The notes under the pieces were generated by a model. The model saw nothing but the letters and a program-made list of their open reading frames with translations, made no database searches and had not been told where the DNA came from. Of a stretch of 64,000 nucleotides of DNA, positions 38,401 through 53,400 are shown piece by piece. Where the stretch lies: the NCBI RefSeq assembly GCF_964194025.1, contig NC_134472.1, positions 70,246,001 through 70,310,000 of the forward strand. Direction: 5' to 3'. Positions within the stretch are counted from its first letter, which is position 1. Each line of letters starts with the position of its first letter. Origin of the DNA: Convolutriloba macropyga. Taxonomy: Eukaryota. The position numbers were made by a program, and so were the translations under genes.

Positions 38401-41400
38401 AGCTGAGCTACGAAGGAGGCAGAACTTCGTAGTGTGCAGGGCAATATTTCTGCCTCCATTTAATGCCCTCCCTGTAACCAATTGATTTCGATTAAACTTA
38501 CTTTTTCTTCGGTCTAATTAAAACTAGGCAGCGAATTTACCAATAGTTTACTAGGAAAAAACTTACTATTTTTAAATGAGCCCACACAATTGGGCGTTCA
38601 ATTATAGTCTAATGGTCCACGCAATTGGGCTTTCATTCTGTACTGAGAAATCACAACACTCGGGTTTTTACAAACCCAGGCACTTGGGGTCGCAATTTTT
38701 GAAGTGAACATCTATTATGGTCAGTTTTCAACTTCGATTTTCAGCGAAGAGCACAATTTGACTCTTTTTTACGATCGTCATCGTAGCTGAATAATTCTAA
38801 CTAGGAAGTTAATCATTCTGTGAACAAATTTAATTGTGCTTTAGATGTATGCTGGATTCGTCTGTGACTGTGAATTATTCCAGTACCATGAAGGGTAAAT
38901 TGTTTCGCTCCTTTGCTAAACTTGTGAACAAAGCGTGGAATAACGAGACATCTGAGATATACTCTGCCTTGAGGGACTTCAGAAGCCAAATGACCAAATA
39001 CGCCTCCATGTTCGCTGGCAGCAGGTCAGTTTTATACTCTTAAGTTTTTACAAGTTTTTGCATGCTTGTTGTGATACGATACTGTTCAGATTTAAGTTCA
39101 GTAAAAGACGAATCAGACTTCGATATTGCTACAAAGGGACTCCTTTTCAATGGAAGATCATTCGTTTTGCGATTGTTTGATTAATAGCCGCCCTCATCTT
39201 CTCAGCCGGCTATTATTGCGCTCGTATTTTTTTTTTTACTTCGAACTTTTTTTCGCTTTACCATTTTGCCGCTTTTTCGACATTTTGCGTGAAATCTTTT
39301 TGACTTCTCTAGGCTAGTTTCTCTCTTCTCTCATTCTGCTAAAAGTGATTTTGAACATCAGTTGCTCAGCAAAGCAATTCAAAATGAACAGAGTCGGTAT
39401 AAAAAATTGAAGTCAGAAATAGAAACGGGATAAACCCATAAAGCCCAATTTTAGATGCCCGCTATTTGAACGTCGTTCCTATAAGTCTTATTTACCATCT
39501 CTAATGCTTATTGTTATTGATGGTAGCCCCTGTAGCCTCTCTCTAAAACAGAAGTATGTTCAACCACGAAATGCCATCAAAATAAATCGGACTTAAAAAA
39601 TGTTTTTGTTCAAAAATCTTTTTTTTTCAATATCTTCTGTTATTTCAATCCCAATCATGCTTATTGGAATCAACGGCGGCTATTTTCCGGCAATCTGCCG
39701 GGTATGTTTAACTTTAATAGCTAGAATGAACAAATTTTTATGGTTCTGTCTTGAGAGTAGTGGATAAGAAAAAAGCTACTATCAGAGTGCCTTCTTCTCT
39801 CGCCTTCTTGTGATTTCCCGTCAAACGGATTACAAATCGTTCAAAATTGGGGGGTAACCGAAGTAACTCAAGGAAAAAACGCAGAAAACTTAAAATCTGC
39901 CCCATAGTTTTTTTTGAAAGAAGGAGCCCGCTAACAAAACCAAAAGCTAATTCAAATTAATCTGGGCACCAAAAATGTCAATTTTTTGTTTTTCCGCAAA
40001 AGCTTACACAATGGCATACAGGATCCTGCATCCAGGATGAGAATATTTTTTGAGCGAGCCATGGAGTATTTGAATAGAAGCAAAATGACTGTAGCAAAAT
40101 GTACAAATTCTCCCTCATTTTCTGGCCAACATGTTTATTGGTCATTTTTTTTACAAATCACTACACAAGACCAAGAGCCTACCGAAACACACAAATTTTG
40201 ATTTGCAATTGTACAAAAATTATATTCCTTTTAAAATGCCATTTGGTGTATTCGCATTTGTTAAAATAGAAATAAATTGTTTTGAACGAAAATTGAAAAA
40301 TTGAGGTTTGTTGAAATTGCCGTTGATAATAATTATTGGCTTGCGAGTTTTTTTTTGCAGTTTGAGATTTTTTTGAAGTTGGCTCTGTTTTTGGGCAATT
40401 TAGATCTACTTATGTTCGTGTTAGGCCTCAGGTTTTATTGTTCCGACCCCTCTTGAGGGGGGAGGAACTATATACTCAAATGGGTTTTTTTTGTTCAGTC
40501 AATTTTGGCCGATCGATATATTCGTCGAAGAGAGTTAAGACTGGTATCATTAGAAAGCTTGTCCAGCGTAGAATATGGAATTAAAAAGATTTTTTTGATT
40601 TTCGTTTTTGACAGGGATATATCGAGGTTTAAAGTTTCGAGAAAATAGAGTGAATTCCGTTGATTTCACTCACCTTTTTTCGGAATTTTTGACTCACATT
40701 TTGCCAATTTTAATAAAGTTTAAAAAAATTTTAAAGAAAATGTTGATTTTACGTTTAAAGACAAAATATATTGTCGGCTATTTTTATTGAATTTTGTTTG
40801 GTCACAAATTCCGGTTAATTTCACAAAATTCAGACTTTTTCACCAAAAACAGCACGAAAGAAGTTTCTTTAGTCCACTCTGATTAAATTTGCAGGAATTG
40901 CACACCCAAACACCACTAACACAATCTTTGTAGACTGAAGAGGGGGCTAATTTCACTTCAACTTCCGTTGAGAAGGCTCTGTAACTAAAACTTTGCCGTT
41001 TTTTGCTAATTTTATTCGTTGATTATCAAAAACGCAGCATTTATTTTTGATTTTTTATCTAACAAAATATCTATATCAACGACATTCGAAATATTAAATT
41101 TTCCTAATGGACAATCAGCATTAGCAGGACTAGTTCTGTACCAATCTTGGACCATTACAATCCAAAAATAACTCGGATTGTCAGTCGGTTTTTTTTTTAA
41201 AAAAATCGATCTTCTTTATATTAATTAAATAACAGAACATTTCAAATCAAAGCTCACTAGTGATAGGTCTTATTGGCTTCCTAATTCGCTTGAAATTAAT
41301 CTATCTAGTTGATTGCTTGAAAGCTTATGGTCGTTTTGACTTTCAAAAAGTTCGATTTTTAAATAAAAAATGGCTTTTTGAACTTTGCCTTCATTTTTCT

Positions 41401-44400
41401 CTTAATTTGGTCACCTTGTAGCTTAGTGCCAGCAATCAAATGGTGCTCCTTCTTTCTGCTGAAATCAAATTTAGTCTCTATTGCGGTTTTACGCCTTAAG
41501 TTATGGAATTCTGGCTTTGCTATTATTAGATTTACGTTTTTAATTTTTAGGTGTTTGCCCATTTTTCTTGTTTTCTAGTTTTGAAATTATCACGTTATTG
41601 TCAGTTCATATATCACATTTTTTTACGTTCAAATTAACTCACAATTGATAATATTTAAATCCTTAACGAAATAGATTGTGATTCTTTACCTCTTCGACTG
41701 TACTTTCGAGAAGAATTTAATTGATTTTTTTTAAATTTTGTCTTCAACTGTCGTTTTTTCTTTGTCTTTTTAGTCGTATTTAATTTCCTCTACAATGACC
41801 CGGTTTGATGACCCGATGTTCGTTCTGATATTAGAAGATAGATAATGGCTTTCATGACTTTGAAAACAGTTGTTTTCCAAAATGAAAAAAAAACATTTCA
41901 ACTTCGCAATTTTGTTCCTTTTATTGTCTGTTTGTTACCTGGTCTCGTTAATTAAAGGTTAAAGATCACATTATTTTTGTCAAAAGAATGTGTCAAAAGG
42001 GATTGGTGTCACAAAATCTATTGTTTTTAAAGAATTCGTTATGACTTTACTTGCTTCCACACGGGCTTTTCACAATAAAAAGTAAATGAATTTTTGACTT
42101 TTATCATATTTGACGTTCTTTCTGTAGACGTAAGACATATTCTGGATAATTGCAGGTCTCAATTGCTTCCTTTGGAAGAATGGACGAACCTATTTAAGTT
42201 TTTCATTTTGTAAATATGGCTTTTATGTCTTCGGAAATAAACTGTTTTCGAAAAAAAACAAGAATTACATAATTTTGCATTTTTTTCTCTTTTGTCTAAT
42301 TGTTGCTGATTTTCATTAATGAGCGGCCACATAATACATTATTGGTGTTTGACGAAGATGCAATTGAACATATTTTGAGTGCCAAGGTATGACTTTACGG
42401 CTTCCAAAGCATTTTCTTGCAAGTTTCAATTGATTTTTAGTTTGTTGTCTATTTGTTGTTTTTTTTTAACTGCATAAAAAACTGAATACCAAGAGTTCTT
42501 AGTTCCCTTCTATAGAAGCATTAGTAATTGTAAACCTGTGGGATATTTTAGTTGATTCCTAATGGCTTTCATTACTTTAAAATTAATTGTTTTTTTTAAA
42601 AAATTCAGCGAATTTTCAAACTTTAAAGTTTCTTCTTTTTTTTTTGTCTAATTGTTACCAAGCTTTATTATGAACTGGTGAATAATCATTTTTCTCTGGT
42701 GAATTACAAGTTATTTTGTTTTTTTCCAGTTTTATCTGAGGCTATTTTGACTTTGTTATTACGTTTTGTTTTTTAAAACGGACATAAGTTTTTTGATGTA
42801 ATTAATGTTTGTTGTTGTTGTTTGATTTTGCCGTTCGTCTTCGCTGGTTTTCCTAATATCGGCATATCTCATAAATCTAATTCATCATTTTTTACTCCAG
42901 TGAGTTATTTGCTTTGGAGGCTATCTTTTCGTTCATACACCAGTTTTTTTTTGAAAAATACTTGAATTTCTTGTGTTTTTCCATCTGTTCCTCATTTGGT
43001 AGACAATTATGCAAAAATTGTGGTTGAGCGGGGTCGGAACCTTATGTGCGATCGCACATTACTGAGCCGTCTTGTTAAATATTATATCAAATTTTCATCG
43101 GGATTCAGTCTTCGAATTTAATTTTCTATTATTTATTCTAAAATAAAATTTGTGTCAATAATTTTGGGTACTGTTGGTCTTTCTTTTGCAATTTTTTGCC
43201 TGATTGTTTGTTCGAAAACGGATAAACAGGTTACATCCGTAGGGAAGAAGGTCGCTGAGCACTTCTCCACACAGAAATCCACCTCTGAGCTGTCTGAAGC
43301 TAGCCATTTCCGAAGCCAACCGCTCGCCTGTAGTTGGAGAGCAATTTGGGCGACCTTAGTTGGTTAACTGCCCCAAACGAAGCTCTTAGCAGTAATATTA
43401 GTTGTTCTGTTCTTTTTTTGTTTTTAATAGCCGCCCTCATCTTCTCAGCCGGCTATTATTGCGCTCGTATTTTTTTTTTTTACTTCGAACTTTTTTTCGC
43501 TTTACCATTTTGCCGCTTTTTCGACATTTTGCGTGAAATCTTTTTGACTTCTCTAGGCTAGTTTCTCTCTTCTCTCATTCTGCTTAAAGTGAATTTGAAC
43601 ATCAGTTGCTCAGCAAAGCAATTCAAAATGAACAGAGTCCGTATACAAAATTGAAGTCAGAAATAGAAACGGGATAAACCCATAAAGCGCAATTTTAGAT
43701 GCCCGCTATTTGAACGTCGTTCCTATAAGTCGTAGTTAACACCTCTAATGCTTATTGGTGTTGATAGTAGCCCCTGTAGCCTCTCTCTAAGAAACAGAAG
43801 TATGTTCAACTACGAAATGCCATCAAAATAAATCGGACTTAAAAAATATTTTTGTACAAAAGTCTTTTTTTTTCAATATATTCTATTCGTTCAATCCCAA
43901 TCATGCTTATTGGAATCAACGGCGGCTATTTTCCGGCAATCTGCCGGGTATGTTTGTGATTTTTCTTATTACCGACTTTTCGTCTGATAGATTTTTAGGC
44001 TGACCATTTAACTTTTTGTCCTTACGAACGGAATAAACAGGTACCACCCGGCGGGCTTTAATTCGCTTATAGTGCCTTACTAAATTTCAAGTACGCGATG
44101 CAAGGAAAATGTTGAGAGAAGTGAGGTGCAGACTAGCCTTTGACCTTCCCCCACTCTCAGCCCCAACCCCTCATTTAAGCGTAAGCTAGCTACTGACGAA
44201 ACCAACCGCTCGTCAGTCGTTTAATAACAATATGACCGACGTTGGTCGGTAATGTTTGTTTTTATCAAAAGTTTCTAGATATATTTAACATCTAACATGT
44301 AGTCTCCTTTTTTCAATCGTACTTACTTGTGTAACTCGAGAAATAAACCTGTCTGACTTAAATTTATTTGGTAAGATAAACTAATGGAAAGCCAACGCAG

Positions 44401-47400
44401 AGCAGTTAAGATTCAGATCTATTGTTTAACAGTACTAGTTTAAATTGAGTAATACGGATGTTTATTGGTGCACGTTGAGTTACGACGTCAGTTTTTATTG
44501 GTGCACATGATCTCTATTTTTTAATCATCTTTACTAGTCGCTTATTGTTATTACAGATCTAAGGCGTGCTTTTCGTAGTTTTAATCGAGCAATCTGCACG
44601 TGACGTTTTTCATTGGGATTAGTATGTTTGTTAAGTTTTAAGTGCTGCTAACCTTTCTGTCTCCCATATATTTAACATATGTTAAGGATCCTTTCAACAC
44701 TGAATAATTAACTGACCTGTTGTTTTTCACTTACTGTTTCTCAAATAGCTCTTTCTACTGTTAGGATTATCCTGTTTTGATACAAAATTATGGCAAGTTT
44801 CGGGTTTTTTTACTCTACTCCTAAAATTATTATTTCTTATATACCATATAATACCATGAATGGTTTTCTTAGGAACCATAAACTGACCATTCTGCCTTTC
44901 TTAGATACCTTGATCGTACCATCAATGGTTTTCTTAGATACCAAGGAGTTACCATTGATTGTTATCTTAGATATCATAGAGTTATCATTAATGACTATAT
45001 TAGATATCATACACCCGACCATTTATGGTATCTTGGATACCATGGTAAGATCAGACACAAAAATTTTGCCCTCCCTGGATGGAACCATGAGTGATCTGAA
45101 GTAGGGAATCTAAGATGGGCCTACCCGGGAGGATTGATTTGTTATTCTTTCTTTCTTCTAGTAGGCGTGAGTTAACGGTTTGTGACATTTTTGTTCCCCT
45201 GTTTAATGTGGGTGGTGTATCGAGTGCAGCATTGTGTCTTTGTTCGCTACTCTCAAATGTATCAAAGATGTGCTTTGGTCAAAATTGTTACGCATTTTGT
45301 CTCTCCATACAAATTGCAATCATATTTTCTAAGTGAAAGTTCTGGATGTTTCTGACTGATCTCTCGTTACAGCCAACACGATGCTCAGGAGTTCCTGGTG
45401 TACCTCCTGGAGGGCATTCATGAAGATGTGAACGAAGTGAACAAAAAGCCTTATTACAAGGACGACATACCAGAAGACTACGCGTAAGTGCAAATCTTCG
45501 GTGGATATCCACTACTAACTTTTGCCATTTTAAACCTCGAGCTGGGATCTCGTTCCTTCTGCGCGCGGTGAACAAAATCTCAGTGTACTAGTGAACAAAC
45601 TAATTACCGTTTGTGCATTAACAACAATTTACCCAATTCCATTTTACCCATCTTGCCATTTTACGCACTGCTATGTTACTCAATGTTTAATAGCCGCCCT
45701 CATCTTCTCAGCCGGCTATTATAGCGCTCCTATTACAATCCAAGAATTGGATTGTATTGGTGCTCTGTCTTTTTTTTTTATTTTTGTAAGATGTTTTCAC
45801 ACCTTTTTTCGTGACTTTGAGCTTTCAAAACGGGATAAACAGGTAACGCTCAGCGGGCATCAAGTTTCATTAGAAGCCCGTAGCCGCGTTTAGTAGTCCT
45901 TCAAGTACCTAGAGTGGTGAAGCTACTGGGAAGGCCGTTATTCAAGGTTAAAAGGTCATTTTTAGGAGTTTTTGAGCCTAAAATAATGCCATTTTTCGCT
46001 TTTTTCGTCATTTTTTGGATTTTTGTTGGATCAGCCTACAATTGAGGTTTGTAAAAGTCGATAAAGGGCTATATGAGCTATATGGGCTTTACGAGCTATA
46101 TGTTTTGCTACTCTAAACATAAACATGGTAATTTATACCAATTTTTACCATTTCAAGTTTTTTGAAAATTTTTGGCGTTTTTGAGTTGCTTCAGCCGTTG
46201 GAGTCAATAAACCTCTTGTGGGGCCAAATAATAGGTCATTATAATGTTTCTAGTGGTAAAGAAATGGTTTGCAAAATTTTTACTTCACAAATTTTAACAA
46301 TTTTTTTGATAAAAATTGCAGTTTTTTTCAAAGTTTCTAACATTTATTGTGATTATTCAAGTTTTCTAGCCCCAGTGGCGAAATACCTCATCTAGGGTTT
46401 GCTAATAAATTAGTTTATTGAAAATTTTTTATTGGCCTTGGAATGGTTTTATTGGTTTATTGAAAATATTTTAATATCACAAATTTTGCCAATTTTTTTT
46501 TTACTAAACTTGCTATTTTTTTTAATTTTAAAATTTTTTTGTGATTTTTCAGGCTTATCTAACCTAAAATTTGAGTGAATCTCCTCTAAATGTTGACAAT
46601 AAGTTACTTCATAGTTGCTGGTGGTTAGGGGAATGTGTTTCCAGATTTTAATTTTACAAGTTCTATCGATTTTCAAATTGCAATTTTTTCTTTCAATTTC
46701 TGAAATTTTATTTTTTTTCCTCAGTGGCCAGGGAACCTCCTTTAGGGTTTGCTAGTATGTTACTGCATAATTTCTAGTAGCAATAAAATAGTTTTCAGTT
46801 TTTTTAATATTGCAATTGTAGGCAATTTTTTTAATAGAGCTTGCATTTCAAAAATTTTAATTTCTTGCCATTTTCTGAGTTTAGCGATCTGTACTGGCCA
46901 ACGAAACATTAAATAATGCCGACTTGTTACAAGACAGAACTCCAGAAGACAATAAAAAATGGTTTCGAACATTTTTCCAGCCATATTTCAGTAAATTTTT
47001 CGCTTTTCATTTTTCAATATTTTGAAGCATGTGTTATATTTCTCAAGTTTATTTACCTTTTGTGGCAAATTGATCTGTTTCAAGGCTTTTGCGTGAGTTA
47101 ATAAGTATATTGATTTGTGTCATATATATGGTATTCAGGTTAAAAGCTTCAAAAGTTCTGGCAGTAGTTATTTTTTTGTTTAGTACGTTTCATTCTTTTA
47201 CTTTCTCAACTTTTGAGATTGTCTTTTTGGCTGGAATTGTTCAATTGATCTGCTGGTCAAATATATTGGGTCTGTTTTGCATTCAATTCCTTGGATTGTG
47301 TTTCAGGATTTGTCCTGCTATGTTTTTTTTTTTTACTTCGTCGAATAAAAAAATGTTTCGCTTTACCTCATTTTGCCGCCTTTTCAACATTTTGCGTGAA

Positions 47401-50400
47401 ATCTTTTTGACTTCTCTAGGCTAGTTTCTCTCTTCTCTCATTCTGCTAAAAGTGATTTTGAACATCAGTTGCTCAGCAAAGCAATTCAAAATGAACAGTC
47501 AGTATAAAAAATTGAAGTCAGAAATAGAAACGGGATAAACCCATAAAGCCCAATTTTAGATGCCCGCTATTTGAACGTCGGTCCTATAAGTATTAGTTAC
47601 CCCTCTCTAATGCTTATTGTTATTGATAGTAGCCCCTGTAGCCTCTCTCTAAGAAACAGAAGTATGTTCAACTACGAAATGCCATCAAAATAAATCGGAC
47701 TTAAAAAAATGTTTTTGTACGAAAATCTTTTTTTTTCAATATCTTCTGTTATTTCAATCCCAGTCATGCTTATTGGAATCAACGGCGGCTATTTTCCGGC
47801 AATCTGCCGGGTATGTTCTTTGATCTTTCCGTTCAATTATCCGATATTCGGTTGTAATAGTTTTATTAATAGCCGCCATCAGCCTCTCAAACGGCTATTA
47901 TTTAAGCGCTCTCTTTTTTTTTTAAAATTCAAAGAATTTGAATTGTGTTGGAGCGCTGTATTTTTTAAGATCCAATCACACATTTTCATGATTTTTTGAA
48001 GTCAAATTGGAGTAGTGATTTTGGTCACGCCGAAACAGGAAGCGGAGCGAAAAAGCGAGTGGTTTTGTGGCGTGAAATTTGTTTGCTCCAATTTTAAAGT
48101 AGAGTAAGAAATTGGTGTTTGAGCAAAAACTCGCTATCTCACTACTTTTTTCTTCTTTTTCTTTTGTTTTGAATTAGAGTGAGAAAAACGGTGTTTGAAC
48201 AACAATTCGCTTTCTTGCTAGTGGTTTTTTTTGTTCACATGCGGCAATTTCACTTTAATTTTTACTGTTTTTTCGATTTTTTGGATAGGATTTTCTTCTA
48301 AATGGTTTTTCCAATCCATTATTGGTCCCTTCTAGCTCTATTTTAGTCAATGAAAATTCTTTGAATTGTACGCCAGGACTTGTCCTGCTATGTTTTTCAA
48401 TTCGCTTTACCTTTTGATCACGTTTTTCGTTTTACATAAGTCACGACTTTCACGTTTGACTTCTGACTTACCACACTCAATGTTTCATATGAGTGGATTC
48501 TAAATTCTTTCACGTATTGAATTACGCAATGTAGTGAATACTGTCAATGTCAAAAGAGCAAAATCAAAAGAAACGGGATAAACCGATAAAGGCCGGCCAT
48601 TAAGTCATGGTGCTTTAGGTTATCAAAGTTCATTAGAGTGTTTGCTAGCTGACATTGGTATTAATCTTATTAGCTTTCAGTTTAGAAGCTGAATTAAAAA
48701 TAGTTTTAGAATCCAACTGAAACTGCACGCCGAATTAGATAGAACGTTTTTGACACTGAAAAAATAGAAAAAAAATTTGGTCAATTTATCTCTTCTTTTC
48801 TTTTTCTGTTTCAATCCCGATTTGCATCAAGTGCGTCAACGGCGGCGATTTTCCGGCAATCTGCCGGCTATGTTATCAAGTTCCACGGGCCATTTAGTAT
48901 ATAGTCGGCTAAATAGTTGTTCTGGTAAATTTAGCAGTAGGGTAAATTGGGCAAAATGGCCTTGGGTTAAATGGCAGGTTGGGTATAATGGCATTGGGTT
49001 AAATGGCAGCTTGGGTATAATGACATTGTTTAAGATGGAATGGGGTTAGTTGTCCTGACACCGTTTGTAAGAATGGGAATTAATGGTTTTAATAGCTTAA
49101 TAAGAGATGGGATATCCCTTACATAGAAGTTAAACTGTTGATGCCTTACAGGTGTGGACGAAAATTCAGGGTTATTTTAATTATTTTGCTCCCAAAAGTT
49201 AGTGCTTTCCTCTCCTTCGTGAAAATCGATTGAATTGTTTTTAAATGACAAACAGACCCTGAATTATGTGAATAAGTTTGTTGAATTGAATGGTTCAAAT
49301 TCAATTTAAAAGATGAGAGCATTTGGAGGGTATATATGTAGGAATTTATCAAATGTTGGTACGAATAAGCGAAGAATGAGAAAATTGATCGTCAAAGCCG
49401 ATGTGACCTCTGATTGACCTTCTCACTGCTTTACGAGCGTTTTCTCAAAAGATACTTTTTAAAATTGACCGGCCAAGTCTAGAAATCGGGGAAAAGTCTT
49501 TGATGCTCATTGTACCGCTTTCTGCTCTACGCCCTTTCGGCTTTACCGACATCCTGCTTCTTTAATAACCCATCGATTGCCTACTACCAACAATGTTCCC
49601 AGTCGAGGTCGTAAAGTACTTGTCTAATTACTATGGTACGCCTATAGTAGTGGTGTGTCTGATATGTGATGCGTGTTTCAGTCCTCAACAGAAAGCGAAG
49701 GAGTCTTGGAAGAGGTACGAGAGCAGAGAGAAGAGCTTTGTGATCGACACCTTCGTTGGACAGCTGAAGAGCACCTTGACATGCCAAGTGTGTGGCTATG
49801 AGTCCGACACCTATGACCCCTACTTCGACCTATCCTTGCCAATACCCAGAAAAGTCAGTATACTACACAGAAATACTACACAGACAAAATAAGGGGCAGT
49901 TAGCACAGTCGGCAGTGCCTAAGGTTATGAAGCAGGAGGTCAATGGATCGAATCCTGGCGGGGATAAATGTTTTTCTACCCGCTTGTCGTCCGAGAGCAA
50001 TTCTTCCGGCATTAGTCGGTTTATGTTTCTAATAAGCATCTGAATTGGCCATTAACTTGGTTATCAAACCTTAAGGTCAATAGAACAAACAAAGTCAGTT
50101 TATGGAACCGCTGAACAGTAGTTGATCTCACGATCGGGCCCACTCAATTTGAGAAAAGAAGATGTGTGCAAATGCACCCACGCAATCAGCTCTTTATTTT
50201 TTGTTCAAAAGTGGTCTAACAATCAACAACTCGAAGTCCCTATCGAATTGTAGACTTTTTCCAGACCTCGTAATTTGCTGTTTCTGACTGATTGAAAAAT
50301 GAAGTATAGGTTGCAAAGGGTACAGTTGACGCGATCAATGTATTTTCAAAATTTGATGCTTTGCAAAATCTTATTAATCAATGACTTCGGTAACATTTTT

Positions 50401-53400
50401 GTTCTACAGGACATGATTTCTATTTGAATTAAATTTAGAGGTCTTTGGTTCTATCAAGCGGACAGTTCATGCTTAATGCAAAATGCTCAATGCTTGATCA
50501 GTTAACGGAGAGAAGAATAATTGTATGTTTCAGAGCATCAATTCTAGCACCATTTTCAACTGTAGCTTAGACGATTGTCTGCGAGAGTTCACCTCTAAGG
50601 AGACCCTCGACGGATTCGACAAACCGGTTAGTCAATCAGACACGTCTGTCTATAATAGTCACAACAGATAACTCTTAGCTCAGTAGGAACAGATGAGAAC
50701 TGTTCTTCATCGTGGTATTAGTGTGGTATGAGTTGTGAGGGCTGATTTAAAGGCTACTGTTTCGAATAAATATTTGGCGATTGAAAAAGCTTTATCAGAT
50801 TTAATTATTTTGGGTCTTTCGCAATATAGCCCGCTCCTCCATGCTTAGTGGTCAGAAAACCTATAGCTCCCAATCATGGTAAATATACCATGATGGGGGC
50901 TATAATGGAAAAGACCCAAATTCTTTCTAGTCGTTTCAAAGAAAGATGTAGTTACCTCAGTACTAATTTTCCTGGGCTCAAATCAATCTAACCAGAAACT
51001 TTTTCCGAGGAAAAACATTTACAAATTATGACTAGGTCTGCTAATAGTGAATCTGACCAGTTTGTAAGAATAGCTGACCCTTTTGCTGTTCCGTTATTTG
51101 AGTGGAGCTATTTTGGTCTCATATTTTTTGTTGAGACCTGTGTTGTGACGTTTTCCGCTAATCGCTGGTGTATTGTTATTTTTTTAAAAAATTGCTGTCA
51201 CGTGAAGTTTTTAGCGCTTTTTAGTTTTGTGTCTGTTTATGTTTGTGTCTGTTGGTTGATCGATTCAATTTTTGGTTGATCATGCTTTACTTTGTCTGTT
51301 GGTTGATCGATTTAATTTTTGGTTGATCGATTTAAGTTTTTTCATGCTTTACTTTTTTGTCTGGAGTTTAGAATGCATCCAGCAAATTTGAGTGAATGCG
51401 TTCACGATCAAAAAGTGAAATTAAAATAAATGGCATAAACCAATTAAGCTCGGGCATTAAAACTTGATGCTTGAAGATTTAGTAGAGTAAGTTATCAAAG
51501 TTCCTTAGAGTTTACTGGTAACTGGTTGATTGCTCTAACGAATTCCGTAGCAATTGTATTTCTCCTCTGTTCTTTCTAATGCGTTCTTTCACTTGACCGA
51601 TTTTTCGTCTGACCCATTTGACTTTTTGTCCTCAAAGCGGATAAAAAGCGCCCGGAAGGCATTAAATTCTCCTGGAGCCCTTCGGCTCACTAGACTAAGT
51701 ATGCTGCTCACAGAAAGTGTTTGAAGATATAAATTCATGATGTAAAGAGCGGTTCTTAGTGTCCCCCACTTACTGGCCAACGAATCTTGGAGATGGTATA
51801 CGTGACATAACTCCAGAGATAAAAAATGGTTTTGAACATTTTTTTTCACTGCGAAATCTGGACTCTGCTTTTAAATTTTGCACTTTTCAGTTTCTAAATG
51901 ATTTAATTACTAACAAGGCTAGAAGCTGCAGAGTCGAATCTCATCGGGGGAAATGTTCCTAGCTCTCTCTCTCTCTCTGTGTCGGTTGCGGTTTCTTTAC
52001 TTCTCTTTCTTGTTCACTTTATGTCTCTCTCACACTCTATCTGTCTCTTTCCTTTGTTGATGCCGCACTTCCGCTGCTGTCATGTCGCGTGCTGTCATCA
52101 TCTTTTACCCCCATTAACGCTGAATTGCAGTAGAATTGTTTCAACATAAATGACTTAATTAGAACTTTTTAAGAAATCATTGTTAAATGCTCTCAAATGA
52201 AGTTTGTAGCAATTATATTTATCCTGTTGGTCTTTTCTATGCGATTTTTCTCTTGACCAATTTTTTGACCCATTTGACTTTTCGTCCGCAGAAATGAGAT
52301 AAAGAGGGAGGGCCCTTCCAATGATCCTCCTCCCACCCCTCCCACTCAAAGTTTTTTTGTGCACTTGGAAATCTTGTTGCCTCTGTTAACGAGTAGATTT
52401 TCCGACGATCCCTCGGATGCTTCTGAGAGCTATTCAATAATAGCAAAATACTTATTAAATATTTCCCGAAAACTTGTTTTGTGGCCTGGTTTATACCATT
52501 TGAGATCAAAAGGGCCAATAACTGCTATGTCCCGGCAATCTGTCTTGATGGACAGCTAGATTTGTTCCGACCCTTCATGAGAGGGGAGGAACTAAATACT
52601 CAAATGCGTTTTTTTTGTTCAGACAATTTTAACCGATCGATATAATTGTCGTACAGAGTTTTGAGTGTTATTATTAAAAAGCCCTCCAGCGTAGAGTTGG
52701 GAATTAAAAAGAATTTTTTGAATTTTGTATTTTACAGGGAGTTATCGATGTTTGAAGTTTTGTGAAAAATAGATGGATTTCCGTTGTTTTTATTCTCATT
52801 TTCCGGAATTTCGCCTTAATTTTCGACAATGTTGCTAAAAATTGTTAAAAATAGTACTTTTGATTTTATTTTTAGAAACAAAAAAGTATTTTTGACTATT
52901 GTGATTTAATTTTTCTGGCTAAAATTTTGGCTAAATATTTCAACATTCATCAAAAATTGCCCGAAATTAGCTTTGTCCACTTTGATTAAGTTTGCCGATA
53001 GTACACATCCCAAAAACAACAAAAATAAACTGTGTAAACTACAATGGGAGCCAGTTTGACTTCCACTTCCATTGAGAGTAGTCTAGAATCTAAATTTTGC
53101 CGTTTTTGCTAACTTTACTCTATGATAATTAAAAACGCAGCACTTTTTTTTAATCTTATAACTAACAAACTATTAAGATATAAAGAAGTTGAAACAATTT
53201 AGTGTTCTAATTAGACGAACAGCAATAGCGGGATGGTTTTGGTCCAATCTTGGACTGTTACAAATAATTCGGAATGTAATCAGTCGGTTTTTTTTCGAGC
53301 TTATTGATGTTAGTTAAAGACCAGAACAATTCACATCAAAGATCACTGTTTATAGGTCAAAATGGTTTTCTACAGAGTTCCAAATTAATGTATCCAATTT

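Noticed and set aside
44790-45104. 104-aa ORF with LDT/LDI repeats
   Set aside because: It is the translation of a degenerate tandem repeat inside USP intron 3.
39126-47999. Recurrent short hydrophobic ORFs ending ...[12 protein letters not shown]
   Set aside because: Chance frames within T-rich HINE family A copies.
49893-49968. Functional tRNA gene
   Set aside because: A and B boxes are present, but the acceptor and anticodon stems do not pair and a SINE-like body follows.
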